A DNA stretch of 27,731 nucleotides, from the NCBI GenBank assembly GCA_963703955.1, contig CAVPGK010000027.1:1-27731 (forward strand). The letters run 5' to 3'. Shown in pieces: positions 1-9,829 of the stretch. Under the pieces are notes generated by a model. The model worked only from the letters and a program-made list of their open reading frames with translations. It ran no database searches and had not been told where the DNA came from. The DNA is from Nitrospirota bacterium. Its GTDB lineage: Bacteria > Nitrospirota > Nitrospiria > Nitrospirales > Nitrospiraceae. Position numbers and translations under genes: made by a program. How positions within the stretch are numbered: the stretch's first letter is position 1; each line of letters begins with the position of its first letter.

Positions 1-942
1 CTAGAACATGGGTGTCTAAGACAATGTGGCGTTCGGCTGATTGCGCGACCGACTGTTTCGACGGAGACACAGTGGGCCGGCACATCCGACACGCACCATG
101 ACCGCAAGTAACATCAGCGGAAGTCGACCAGGTATGAGAGCGCCTTCGTCTGAGACCGAAAATTCGCCTTCTTGGTCTTCCACCCGCATCCGCACTCCCA
201 TGGCTGTGCAGGATCCGTCTTCTTGAGGGCCTGCCCACACCATGGGCAGGTTCGCATCCACAGAAACGCCAACGCCACACCGCCTGGTTGAGGTTGATGC
301 CATAGAGTGAGCCTGATGTCGTATTGAGATCAATTGGACTTTGGTCGGTAAGACTTCCGTCAGCCGATAGAACAGTTGAAGAGAAGGTAGGACTGTCCGC
401 GTCCAAGTGAGCGAGGGAAGTTAGGATGCGATCTCTGCAGTGACCGTTTTCTGATAGGAAGTCCACTCGACGCGCTAGCAGGCACCTTTTGTTCGATGCC
501 GGATTCGTTAGTCTAAGCCACCGTGCCAATCGAATGTACCCCCATTATTGTCACCGGTGATCCGGCACAAAACACACAGCAAGGCGAACAACAGGATTCA
601 CCGTCGTAATTGGGGCGTGATTATAGGAAAGTCACATAGACATTACAAGCCAAGAATGGCTATGCATGCCGATCCATCCCAGCCTCTAGACCGTTCGACA
701 ATCTGGGATTGGGGCGCCGCTCGGCAGTCGCTTCCCCGTCCATGCGGCCCGCCGGAAACAACCGCGAGAAAAAATGCAACCTATCGAAGCAAGGCGCGCA
801 TGGCTCACCAGCCGCCAAATGTTACGCCCCTAGCGGAGACCAGACAAGATGGAGTGCACGGACCCAGGCGGGAAAAATTGGTTCTATTTCCGTCAATATT
901 GAACTCTCAAACCATTCTCCCACTCCGGCGGGTCTGTTCTCA

Positions 943-1401
943 TTATTCTCCTAACCGCATGATCGTTTTTGCGATGGCCTGCACGGCGGGCAGCTCGTTC
1001 TCATTCTTGGGCAGGGGACGGCCGTCTAAGCCTCGTGACTGTCCGAAGCGGCTGGGAATCTGAATCTCGGCCTGGACCAGGATCCTGTCACCATCAGAGA
1101 TCTCGGGAAAGAGAACCACCTGCCGTCCACAGACCCCGAGGACCGCGACTTCGAGCAGATCCCCGGAGCCGCCGGTATCTTCCAACGTAAAAGTATAAGC
1201 TCCGTAACAGGCGGTGCCCGAGGGAAGAAAATAGGGGTCGAGCATGCGGACCCGCCCCACGATGCCTTGAAGCGTGACGGAGCGCAGGTGGTAGGCATCG
1301 GGATCGGCAAGAATGGCGCTAACCTCGGTTGGGTCCTCGGCATGCGCGGCAACCCTCGACAGGAGGATCACGGCAAGAAGAAGCAGCCATCTCGTTTTCA
1401 T
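943..1401 (-). CDS. Exported hypothetical protein, probable OB-fold (152 aa)
   Basis: ATG at 1401 preceded by GGAG; signal peptide MKTRWLLLLAVILLSRVAAHA; 'ILADPDAYHLRSVTLQGIV...GDRILVQAEI' resembles extracytoplasmic OB-fold proteins. The ORF-track start at 1434 lies in a TAGAAT -10-like hexamer. Confidence 0.7.
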   Translation of the reverse strand: MKTRWLLLLAVILLSRVAAHAEDPTEVSAILADPDAYHLRSVTLQGIVGRVRMLDPYFLPSGTACYGAYTFTLEDTGGSGDLLEVAVLGVCGRQVVLFPEISDGDRILVQAEIQIPSRFGQSRGLDGRPLPKNENELPAVQAIAKTIMRLGE

Positions 1402-1603
1402 CCCGACTCCTCTCAGGTGCGCGGCCGCCGTCATTCTACCACCATTCTTGCTTTCTCCCGCTATCGGATCGGGCTATAATGGCGCGCCTCCGACCTCTTG
1501 AGCGTAATCCTCGGCGGAAGTCGGTCTGGGAGCGAAGATGGTGCACCCCGCGCAGGTGATGCTTGCGCGAGAGCATCGTTCCAATGTGGGAGATGACGGG
1601 GCC

Positions 1604-2986
1604 ATGACAGGACGTGAGGATGGATTGAGCACGTACATCCAGGATGCCCGCCATCAGTTTGAGGAGATGCTCGCTGAGATGGTGCAGATTCCGTCCGTCA
1701 GCATGGATCCGCGTCATGCCGCCGATATGCCTAGGATGGCGGCGCTGGCTGTTCAATTTCTGAGAGGGATGGGCGCCGACGCGCAAATCGTGCGAACCGA
1801 AAGCTATCCGGTCGTGTCGGGTGGCTGGATGACCAATAGGAAACATCCGACGCTGACCATTTATAACCACTTGGACGTCCAACCCGCCCAGGAACCGGAA
1901 TGGCGGCACTCTCCTTTTGTCTTTCGGAATGACGACGGCCTGTACTACGGCCGCGGCGCGACGGACGACAAAGGGCCGGCATTGACCGCGCTGTGGGCGG
2001 CGCGGTATGCGATGGACAAGAACCTGCCCTTGAATATCCAGTTCGTGTGGGAGCTGGAAGAGGAGATCGGCAGTCCCAATTTTGCAGACGCGCTCACGCA
2101 TGGCAGCGTGATTCCACGCCCCGACTCCGTCCTGGTGTCTGATACGATCTGGATTGCCAAAGGGCGCCCGGCGATGCCGTATGGTCTCCGAGGATTGGTG
2201 GGCGCGCGTCTGTCACTCCGTACCGCTGAGACCGACGCCCATTCCGGCGTCACCGGCGGTGCGGCGAGGAATCCGTTGACGGAGTTGTGTGACCTCGCCC
2301 ACGCTTGCGTGGACGCGCGCAGCGGACGAGTCCAAATTCCGGGCTTCTATCATGACGTTGTGCCGACGACGAAGGCCGAAATCAAAGGCTTCCTGGATTC
2401 CGGATTTCAGGTGAAGCGATTCATGAAGGCTTACCGGTTCAAGACATTGCGGACGATGGATCCAGCCGAGGTGCTGCAGCGGATCTGGGCATCTCCGACG
2501 TTCGAAATCCATGGGTTGGTCGGCGGCTATCGAGGACCGGGTGTCAAGACGATTGTGCCGGCTCATGGCGAATTGAAGGTCAGCATGCGCCTCGTGCCGA
2601 ACCAACAGCCGGAAAGGATCTTTGAGCTCCTGCGTCGATTCGTAGCCAAACAGAATCCGCTTGTCGAAGTCGAACCGGAAGGCATGCTGCAGCCGTTTCG
2701 CGGGGTCTTCAGCGGACCCTACGCGGACGCGGCGCGTCGGGCGATGCGAGCGGGATTCGGCAAAGACCCCGCGTTCATCCGGGAAGGAGGATCGATCGGC
2801 GCCGTGTCAGTCATGCAACGCGCCTGGCGCGTACCGATCCTCTTCATGGGGCTCAGCTTGCCCGAGCACGGTTATCACGCGCCCAACGAATATTTTGATT
2901 GGGGACAGGCGTCAGGCGGGATGCGGGCCTTCGTCACGTATTTTGAGGAACTGGCGAAGATGCAGATGAAGGGGTCAAAGGTGTAA
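1604..2986 (+). CDS. M20/M25/M40 family metallo-dipeptidase (CNDP2/Dug1/DapE-like)
   Basis: Motifs YNHLDVQP, GRGATDDKG, EEEIGS, HAPNE; start placed at ATG 1604 (MTGREDG). Confidence 0.9.
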   Translation: MTGREDGLSTYIQDARHQFEEMLAEMVQIPSVSMDPRHAADMPRMAALAVQFLRGMGADAQIVRTESYPVVSGGWMTNRKHPTLTIYNHLDVQPAQEPEWRHSPFVFRNDDGLYYGRGATDDKGPALTALWAARYAMDKNLPLNIQFVWELEEEIGSPNFADALTHGSVIPRPDSVLVSDTIWIAKGRPAMPYGLRGLVGARLSLRTAETDAHSGVTGGAARNPLTELCDLAHACVDARSGRVQIPGFYHDVVPTTKAEIKGFLDSGFQVKRFMKAYRFKTLRTMDPAEVLQRIWASPTFEIHGLVGGYRGPGVKTIVPAHGELKVSMRLVPNQQPERIFELLRRFVAKQNPLVEVEPEGMLQPFRGVFSGPYADAARRAMRAGFGKDPAFIREGGSIGAVSVMQRAWRVPILFMGLSLPEHGYHAPNEYFDWGQASGGMRAFVTYFEELAKMQMKGSKV

Positions 2987-3004
2987 AGGCATGAGTAAGG
3001 ACTG

Positions 3005-4705
3005 TTACCCCTTGACTCCGCTACCCTCCGCCAAGAGCGGTTTAAACGCGGGGTCTGCCTCCACCACCCCCTTCACGTTGTCGTTTGCGAGCAAGTACCG
3101 CCAAGAGTCGGGCGTCGCGCCCGGCAACTTTTGATACCACTCTCGGGCCACGGTCAGTCGTTCCAAGACAGCGTGGTTGTCTCGGTCCGGCGTAAACAGC
3201 AGGCTGTAGGCCATGGTATACGCCGCCGCGAATTTGTCGATCGGCCGATCGGTCAGGTTGAACGCGTCCTGCGCCTCTGCATAAGCCGTCTTGATACCAG
3301 GATCATCGAATGTCCGATTCCAAGAAACCCGCGCGATTCGGGACCACGCCAGTTCGATCAAGGCTCGTGCCCTATGGGTCGCCCGCTGCGGTGGAAGATC
3401 CTTGACCAGCGCCTCATGGGTATAGATCGCGGCCAACTGGTCATTGTTCCATCGATAGGCAATGCCCAAGCGAAGCCGGTTTTCCAGGTCTTCGGGGCGA
3501 ACCTTGGCGAGCTTTTCCGATGCCGGCACCAGACGATACAGGTAGTCGGCCGGTGTCGGCTTAGCCAAACCGGCGACTTCCATGCCCAGCGAAATCTCCA
3601 TACGGGTGGTCTGCGCATAGGTGTCCCAATAAAATTCGTTGAACCGAGCGGCAAGCGCTGGATCGCCGATTGCAACCTGGTGTAGGCCGCCCGCGGTCTG
3701 CAAAAGCGTCTCGTACAGGTCGCGTGTCAACAAGGTTAAGGCGTCAGGCTGTAAGGGGTCGATGATCAGCACGCGGTTGAGCAGGGCCACCCGCTCGCGC
3801 AGATCGGGAAACATTGACGCGCGCCCGACTGAGGCGATCAACAACCCGGGCGTATCGGTCGGTTTCCACCACGCTGCGGAGTTGGCCACATAACCGCCCG
3901 ATTCGGTCACGAAGGGAATCGGTCCTCCCGGGTCACCCATTTTCGCGACCGGCACATTGAGCACCGCCGCATCCCCCGGAAAGCCCAACTTCTTCAGCCC
4001 GGTTAGCACCACCCAGTCGACGGTCACTGCTTTGAGCGCTTGCTTCGGGCGCTTGACGGTGTTTGTCCACTGGTAAGCCCCCGCCGTGTAGGTAATCGGT
4101 GACGTGACGGGATCTTTGTACGAGATCCGAAGGCGAACCCGTGTCGCAGGTGCGGCGACGGTGGGGCCGTTCTCTCGTAACTTGAAGGAGGCCACTGGAA
4201 TCGTCGTGCTCTCAAGCGCCTCGGCTCGGAGGCCGCTTCCCGGTGGGGAAGTCCCTAACCGCTCCATGACAAAAAATGAGGGAATGTAATGGCTCAGGTC
4301 CTCAGTGAAGAACACCAATGAGCCCTTGCTTGGCCAAATGGTGTCCATGCCTTGATCGCGTTGCTCCACCGCCATCGCATGGACCTGCTCGAGCTGTTCC
4401 CGGCATTCGCCATACACCGGATCGTTCTCAGGTGGAAACGCCGAGAGGCGCGACGTCTTAGCCGCGACGATCCGATATTGGCACGCGAAGTCAAGCCGTC
4501 CGGCCGCGACACGATCGCCGGCTGCGACCGCCTCGATATAGCGCTGCGCAGCCGTGACCGCCTGGGACGGCTTCGCGCGAGGCGCAGATTTCTTGGTACC
4601 TGTGGCCCCGTGGGCGACACCGACGTCTTCCATGAGGGGGCTGAATCCGAAACCAAAGCTGAGGCCGACTACGCACAGAATCGAGCAACACGCGCGTTGG
4701 ATCAT
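3005..4705 (-). CDS. Large exported hypothetical protein with helical (TPR-like) C-terminal half
   Basis: Long ORF; signal-like N-terminus from ATG 4705; TPR-like helices (RVLIIDPLQPDALTLL, AKVRPEDLENRLRLGIAY). Start uncertain. Confidence 0.75.
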   Translation of the reverse strand: MIQRACCSILCVVGLSFGFGFSPLMEDVGVAHGATGTKKSAPRAKPSQAVTAAQRYIEAVAAGDRVAAGRLDFACQYRIVAAKTSRLSAFPPENDPVYGECREQLEQVHAMAVEQRDQGMDTIWPSKGSLVFFTEDLSHYIPSFFVMERLGTSPPGSGLRAEALESTTIPVASFKLRENGPTVAAPATRVRLRISYKDPVTSPITYTAGAYQWTNTVKRPKQALKAVTVDWVVLTGLKKLGFPGDAAVLNVPVAKMGDPGGPIPFVTESGGYVANSAAWWKPTDTPGLLIASVGRASMFPDLRERVALLNRVLIIDPLQPDALTLLTRDLYETLLQTAGGLHQVAIGDPALAARFNEFYWDTYAQTTRMEISLGMEVAGLAKPTPADYLYRLVPASEKLAKVRPEDLENRLRLGIAYRWNNDQLAAIYTHEALVKDLPPQRATHRARALIELAWSRIARVSWNRTFDDPGIKTAYAEAQDAFNLTDRPIDKFAAAYTMAYSLLFTPDRDNHAVLERLTVAREWYQKLPGATPDSWRYLLANDNVKGVVEADPAFKPLLAEGSGVKG

Positions 4706-4832
4706 GGGCCGAGACGACAGGAATGCATCTGTCCTCCGTAGCAGGAACTGAAAAAAAACATACTCTAGCATGGCGCGTGAGCCAAGAGAAAGAGCGAATG
4801 GGGCCTTTGTTGTGGAGAAGCCAAACCTGCTT

Positions 4833-5318
4833 TCAAGCCTCCGGACCGCCCCGTGAGGGCCTGGGGGACCCTCTCAATCTGTCCATGTGCTGTTTGATGC
4901 GGTCGGGATCAGGCACGCCCTTAAGAACGAACGAGTCTCCCGTTCCGCCGCGGCGGGCGACCTCCAGGGCGCCGAGGTCGAACCATCGGTTCGTCAGTTC
5001 TCGTTTGACGGTGATGGACTGGATCTGATCAAGAGGGATGTCACGTGTGCGCCGCGTCCAGAGTCCCGACGTGATGCGGATTCGCTGCGAACTGATCTGG
5101 TAAAACACCGAGTAATGGAAGGCTGCGGCGATGCCCACAAACACCCCGATGGCCATGAAATAGAGGATCACCATCAGCCATTCTCCGGACCGAAAGACCA
5201 GGAGCATCCGCAGAGCTGCAACGCCGATGAACAGAAACAGCACGGCGTGATCGGCCCAGGCAGGATGCCCCTGCCAGAGCAGACGTTCGTGCGGTGGGAG
5301 CGGAGGGAGCCGGATCAT
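4833..5318 (-). CDS. Membrane protein with bacterial PH (bPH_2/YdbS-like) domain
   Basis: Two TM helices, then 'YQISSQRIRITSGLWTRRTRDIPLDQIQSITV...WFDLGALEV'; start overlaps the upstream stop (TAATG). Confidence 0.8.
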   Translation of the reverse strand: MIRLPPLPPHERLLWQGHPAWADHAVLFLFIGVAALRMLLVFRSGEWLMVILYFMAIGVFVGIAAAFHYSVFYQISSQRIRITSGLWTRRTRDIPLDQIQSITVKRELTNRWFDLGALEVARRGGTGDSFVLKGVPDPDRIKQHMDRLRGSPRPSRGGPEA

Positions 5319-5766
5319 TATTGGACGACAATGGTCGCCTTTATCTCATGTCCGGGCATATCGCAAAAGATAGGATACACACCGGTCCGCTCCGGCACGA
5401 AGCGAATCTCAGCCCATCCTTCAGACGGGATGACCACCCGCTTGAATCCGCGGTCGTTGAATTCGGGTGCGCCGTTTCCACCGATGTTGAGGTTCACCCC
5501 GACAAGGAGGTCGCCAGGCACAAACGCGTGCAACTCGGCATCCTCGTTCTGAAGCACAAGCGTGGTAATTCGTCCGACCTGCAGCAGAAGCTGCGCGGCT
5601 CAAACTGGCGACCTCTCATCTTGACGACGACCCGATCTTCCGTGTTGGTATCGGAAGGAGCCAGCGTCACCAACGGCGAGGCGACTTCGCCCTGGGTCGC
5701 CAGAGCGACACCGCAACACATCACGAACGACCCAAGACGTGGTAGGGTCAACGCTCCATCTGGCAT
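5318..5766 (-). CDS. Cupredoxin-domain periplasmic protein (~149 aa) with a 1-nt frameshift near 5596
   Basis: ORF 5494-5766 (signal peptide, VVVKMRGRQFEP) continues in another frame as QLLLQVGRITTLVLQNEDAELH...GVYPIFCDMPGH; restoring one base after GAG CCG gives one cupredoxin ORF. Confidence 0.75.
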
Positions 5767-5854
5767 GTCACGGCTTTCACAGTATCAAGGATGCAACCGT
5801 CACGCAGGGGGATTGTACTGTATGGACGGCAGCTGTGCCAGCCTCCAGCAAGAG

Positions 5855-6232
5855 CTAAGCTCGACCGATCGCGTTGAGAATCTTGCGGCGGAGTTGCGTT
5901 TTGAGACTCAGGGACAGGGGCGGCGGTGCCGTATGTCGGCATAGAGTGATAGTTTGGCGGAGAGAGGCGAGGAACAGTTCGCAGTTCGGGCAGGCCCCGA
6001 GATGGGCGCGGATTTCCCGGCATACGTCGCTCGTCAGCTCATCGTCGAGATAGGTCGACAGGTTGCGAAGAATGCTGATGCACTGCGCCTTCGAATGCCG
6101 GTGAGCATGCTCCGAATGAGATGTGCGGTGCGTGACCATAGTGCGTCGAGCCTTCACCATCATACTCTCTTCAATTGATTTTTTCTTCCCCCTCGACTTC
6201 ACGGGAGGCACCCCAGTCGCCTGCGTCTTCAC
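5855..6232 (-). CDS. Zinc-binding anti-sigma factor (ZAS/zf-HC2)
   Basis: C-x5-L-x2-YLD-x-EL ... H-x3-C-x2-C (HLGACPNC); GTGA overlap with the ECF sigma stop. Confidence 0.85.
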   Translation of the reverse strand: MKTQATGVPPVKSRGKKKSIEESMMVKARRTMVTHRTSHSEHAHRHSKAQCISILRNLSTYLDDELTSDVCREIRAHLGACPNCELFLASLRQTITLCRHTAPPPLSLSLKTQLRRKILNAIGRA

Positions 6233-6816
6233 ATGTCTCGGCCGCTCAACTCGCGCCGAATGAACAGCCGGGCTCGATGCAGTCGAGACTTCACCGCTCG
6301 TTCGTTGAGGCTCATGATCGAGCCAACCTCCTTCGCGGTCAGTCCTTCCATATCACGCAGAACGAGGACCAACCGATACTTCCGCGGGAGCTTCTGAATC
6401 GCTTGACGAAGGGCCGATCTAAGCTCCTTATTTTCAAGCGCTTCCTCTGGCGACATGCCGTCCGTGGGAATCTGTAATCGAAACTCACCTTCGGAAGTGG
6501 GGATGAACTCCTCCAGCGACAACTCCCGTTCGGGTTCGCCCTGTCGTTTTCGACGCATCCGAATGCAGGCCCGCGAGGCGATCGTGTAGAGCCAGGTTGC
6601 AAGTTGGGCGTCGCCTCGAAACTGCTTGAGACCGCGGTAGGCATTGAAGAAGGTCTCCTGGACCAAATCTTTCGCGTCCTCAGTCTCGCCACACATCCGC
6701 TGGGCGAACCGATAGATCCGATCAGCATGATCTCGGTAAAGCTGATCGAACGACCCGTCTCCGGTTCCGACCTGTTTCTCCTCGGACGGTTTTTCGTGTC
6801 GTCTGTGAGATGCCAT
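6229..6816 (-). CDS. ECF sigma-70 factor (RpoE/SigW-like)
   Basis: Region 2 'DAKDLVQETFFNAY...WLYTIA'; region 4 'LPRKYRLVLVLRDMEGL...AVKSRLHRAR'; start ATG 6816 lies downstream of a sigma70 promoter. Confidence 0.92.
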   Translation of the reverse strand: MASHRRHEKPSEEKQVGTGDGSFDQLYRDHADRIYRFAQRMCGETEDAKDLVQETFFNAYRGLKQFRGDAQLATWLYTIASRACIRMRRKRQGEPERELSLEEFIPTSEGEFRLQIPTDGMSPEEALENKELRSALRQAIQKLPRKYRLVLVLRDMEGLTAKEVGSIMSLNERAVKSRLHRARLFIRRELSGRDM

Positions 6817-6828
6817 CAAGCGGGTGGG

Positions 6829-6857
6829 AGTGTACGAAAGCAAGCGGAAGAGGTCAA
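6829..6857 (-). promoter_or_regulatory. Sigma70-type promoter for the ECF sigma operon
   Basis: Minus strand TTGACC-N17-TACACT, 12 nt upstream of ATG 6816. Confidence 0.65.
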
Positions 6858-6865
6858 GAGTCACC

Positions 6866-6911
6866 CGTCATTGTCGGTGGAGAGACTATTTTCTCGCACC
6901 AGCGAATGACG
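6866..6911 (-). terminator. Stem-loop 3' of the ferritin-like gene (terminator or stabiliser, no U-tract)
   Basis: Nested arms CGTCATT/AATGACG, GGTG/CACC, GAGA/TCTC. Confidence 0.4.
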
Positions 6912-6922
6912 AGTCTGTGGTC

Positions 6923-7468
6923 TTAGGGCTTGTTCGGGTCGAGGCTGTGCAGCATGTTGGCGAGGTCGTCAGCATGCTCCTCTTCCTTTGCGAGGATCCC
7001 TTCCAGCATACAGCGCGTCGTCGGGTCTTTGTCGCCGACGTAGCGGATCATGTCGGCATATGAATCGATCGCGATACGCTCCGCGATGAGATCTTCCCGA
7101 ATCATGTCCACCAGTGATTCTCCTTCAACGTATTCGGAGTGACTCCGCGTCAGCAATCCTTCGGGATTCAAGTTGGGTTCACCGCCGAGTTGCGTGATCC
7201 GCTGGGCGATCTCATCGGCATGGCCTTGCTCCTCTGTCGCATGGAGTTGGAATTCCTGTGCGACGGGATCCGCATGAATGCCGGCCGCCATAAAATAATG
7301 CCGCTTATACCGCAGGACACAGACAATTTCAGTGGCGAGCGCCTCGTTGAGCAATTTCACCACGGTCTTCACGTCAGCACGATACCCTTCTGTCACGGCT
7401 CCACGCTCCACGTGCTCCCTCGCGCGCTTTCGAATCTCCTTCACATCACTCATAAAGTCCCCTTTCAT
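6923..7468 (-). CDS. Ferritin-like (bacterioferritin-related/Dps-like) protein
   Basis: Di-iron motifs ATEIVCVLRY, EEQGHAD, AERIAIDSY, EEEHAD; GAGGGAGG RBS before ATG 7468. Confidence 0.88.
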   Translation of the reverse strand: MKGDFMSDVKEIRKRAREHVERGAVTEGYRADVKTVVKLLNEALATEIVCVLRYKRHYFMAAGIHADPVAQEFQLHATEEQGHADEIAQRITQLGGEPNLNPEGLLTRSHSEYVEGESLVDMIREDLIAERIAIDSYADMIRYVGDKDPTTRCMLEGILAKEEEHADDLANMLHSLDPNKP

Positions 7469-7594
7469 ATCAGACCTCCCTCCCTCTTTCTTGTTTCCTT
7501 CTATGAAGAGGTAGGTGGGTAGATCCTCCACTGCGCGCGTCCAACGAGCACCTTCTCAGAGTGCGCGTTGCGCGAGCAAGGGAGATTTACCCAC

Positions 7595-9829
7595 CTACCT
7601 CTTCTCCGTTCTCCACGCAAAGCTCGCAACCACGGCTGCCAGTTCTACGGGCTCGACCGGCTTGGGCACATGCATTTGAAAGCCTGCCGACAAGGCTTTG
7701 AGCCGGTCCTCGACGCGAGCATAGGCCGTAAGAGCCACCGCGGGGATACGTCCACCGCGTTCGGGCTCCATCGCCCTCACCTTGCGAATGAGCTCGTATC
7801 CGTCCTCGCCTGGCATCCCGATGTCGGAAACCAGAACATCCGCTTGCCATTGCCTCAAGGCTTCAATCGCGTCCTGCGCGGAGGACGAGGCTCTGACCTC
7901 GGCGCCGCACCTCGACAGGACGGCGACCAGCAAGTCGCGAGTTTCCGGCTCATCGTCGACCACCAGAACGTGCAAACCCTTGAGGGCGGGCCCATAGTCG
8001 AACGAGAAACCGTTTCCAGCCGCAGAGCCGTGCGCATGCGAGGCGGTCCCTATTGTCTCTTCCACCGAGCGAACGCCGATGAGCGGAAATCTTACGGTAA
8101 ATGTGGCGCCGTGTCCTTCGCCCGGACTGTCCGCCCGGACGGTTCCACCGTGCATTTCTACCACATGCCGTACGATGGCCAACCCGAGCCCCAGCCCTCC
8201 GTGCATTCTGGTGATGGTGCTGTCCGCCTGGCGGAAGAGATCGAACATGTACGGGAGAAACTCGGCGTTGACGCCTTGCCCGGTATCGCTGACCGCAACC
8301 TGGGCATGAGAATCGAGACGCTCGAGGCGGACGTAGACCCTCCCGTCCCTGGGGGTGAATTTGATGGCATTCGAAAGCAGATTCCAGAGGACCTGCTGTA
8401 ATCGATCCGGATCGCCGGAGACCAGGCCGGTTTGGGTGTCCAGGACCTTCTGCAACCGAATGTTCTTGGCATCGGCCGCCGGTCTGATGGCGTCGATCGC
8501 CGCTTCGATGATCGGAGCAAGGTCAACCGACCGCACGTCGAGACGAAGTTTGCCGGTGATGATCCGTGAGATGTCGAGAAGATCCTCGATGAGATGCGCC
8601 TGAGATTTTGCGTTTCGCTCGATGCTGGTCACCGCCCGTTTTGCCGTGGCCTCATCCAGTTTGCCGCCGTGGAGCATCTGGGCCCATCCCAGGATGGCGG
8701 TCAATGGTGTCCGAAGCTCATGCGAAACCGTCGCGAGAAACTCATCCTTGATGCGGTTGGCCTCGCTGGTCTCGCTGTAAAGGCGCGCATTGTCGACCGC
8801 TAGGGCTACGCGGTGACTGAGTTCTTCGGCCAACTCCAGATCGGACTTGGAGTACGTACGTCCAGAGATCGAGGTCCCGAAGGTCATCACGCCGATGGTT
8901 CGACTACGCGCCACCAGGGGGACGATCATTTCGGATCGGGCGCCGAGATCGCGATGCGTCTTCAGATAGCCGGCGTCCTGCGGCGCCGCGTCCGAGAGGT
9001 CCTCATACAAGACAGCCTGACCGGTACGGAGCACGGTCATGACAGGATGTAGGTCCGGCGGCAAATCAGGACTCGAACACACGTCCAGTTCTTGCAACCG
9101 CTCTTCTTTGGTCCGGTCCGCATGGACAACCACAGCCTTGCGGAAGGTTCCGTTGGGAGCGAGCAGGTTGACCGCGCAGTAGTCGGCGAGGCTGGGAACG
9201 ACGAACCGTCCGACCTGTTCGAGGGTGGCGGCATAGTCGAGTGATGCGACGAGCACCCGGCTGGCATCGGCGAGGATAGCCAGCCGACGTTGCGCGGACT
9301 CAGCCTCAGACAAGGCCTGGTCCCTGGCCCGTAAGAACCGATCCTTGGCGGTGTTCGCTTCAACCAACTCGCGGGTCCGCTCCTCAACCATGTGTTCCAA
9401 TTCGGTCGCATGCTTGGCCAGCGCCGACTTTTGTTCCTCCAACTGGCGCCGCAATTGGCGCGCCTGGATTGCCCGGCTCAGTGACGCGATAAAGTGGTCT
9501 CGATCGATGGGCTTCTGAATAAAATCGTAGGCGCCTCCCCTCAAGGCTTGCACAGCCACCCCGTGCTCGCCGTGCCCCGTAATGAGCAGGGTGGGAGTGT
9601 CAGGCCGGAGGGTGCGCGCCTTCGCGAGGAGAGCGAGGCCGTCCACATCCGGCATTTTGATGTCACTCACAATGGCATCGTAATCTGTTTCGGCAATCTG
9701 TTGGAGCGCGGCTCTCGCTGAATCGAAGGTGTCCACGATGACCCCTTGCATGCGCGCTTGAACAGCGGCGGGCAGTGCTTCGAGGAGAGCGGGGTCGTCG
9801 TCAACAACGAGTATACGTGCGTATGTCAT
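7595..9829 (-). CDS. Hybrid sensor histidine kinase (REC-coil-GAF-HisKA-HATPase-REC)
   Basis: VVDDD/SDIKMP receiver; GAF region; SHELRTPL; NLLSNAIKF, DTGQG, GGLGLGL; C-terminal VVDDE/SDIGMP receiver; AGGAAGGAG RBS. Confidence 0.95.
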   Translation of the reverse strand: MTYARILVVDDDPALLEALPAAVQARMQGVIVDTFDSARAALQQIAETDYDAIVSDIKMPDVDGLALLAKARTLRPDTPTLLITGHGEHGVAVQALRGGAYDFIQKPIDRDHFIASLSRAIQARQLRRQLEEQKSALAKHATELEHMVEERTRELVEANTAKDRFLRARDQALSEAESAQRRLAILADASRVLVASLDYAATLEQVGRFVVPSLADYCAVNLLAPNGTFRKAVVVHADRTKEERLQELDVCSSPDLPPDLHPVMTVLRTGQAVLYEDLSDAAPQDAGYLKTHRDLGARSEMIVPLVARSRTIGVMTFGTSISGRTYSKSDLELAEELSHRVALAVDNARLYSETSEANRIKDEFLATVSHELRTPLTAILGWAQMLHGGKLDEATAKRAVTSIERNAKSQAHLIEDLLDISRIITGKLRLDVRSVDLAPIIEAAIDAIRPAADAKNIRLQKVLDTQTGLVSGDPDRLQQVLWNLLSNAIKFTPRDGRVYVRLERLDSHAQVAVSDTGQGVNAEFLPYMFDLFRQADSTITRMHGGLGLGLAIVRHVVEMHGGTVRADSPGEGHGATFTVRFPLIGVRSVEETIGTASHAHGSAAGNGFSFDYGPALKGLHVLVVDDEPETRDLLVAVLSRCGAEVRASSSAQDAIEALRQWQADVLVSDIGMPGEDGYELIRKVRAMEPERGGRIPAVALTAYARVEDRLKALSAGFQMHVPKPVEPVELAAVVASFAWRTEKR

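Noticed and set aside
453..466. GGAAGTCC resembling the RNase P RNA GAGGAAAGUCC motif
   Set aside because: Partial match only; the other conserved RNase P regions are not evident.
513..528. Minus-strand TGGCACG sigma54-like motif
   Set aside because: No GC at the -12 position (spacing GG-N7-GC).
16..1063. ORFs 16-333, 41-226, 548-1063, 709-954
   Set aside because: No recognisable motifs, weak starts, atypical composition.
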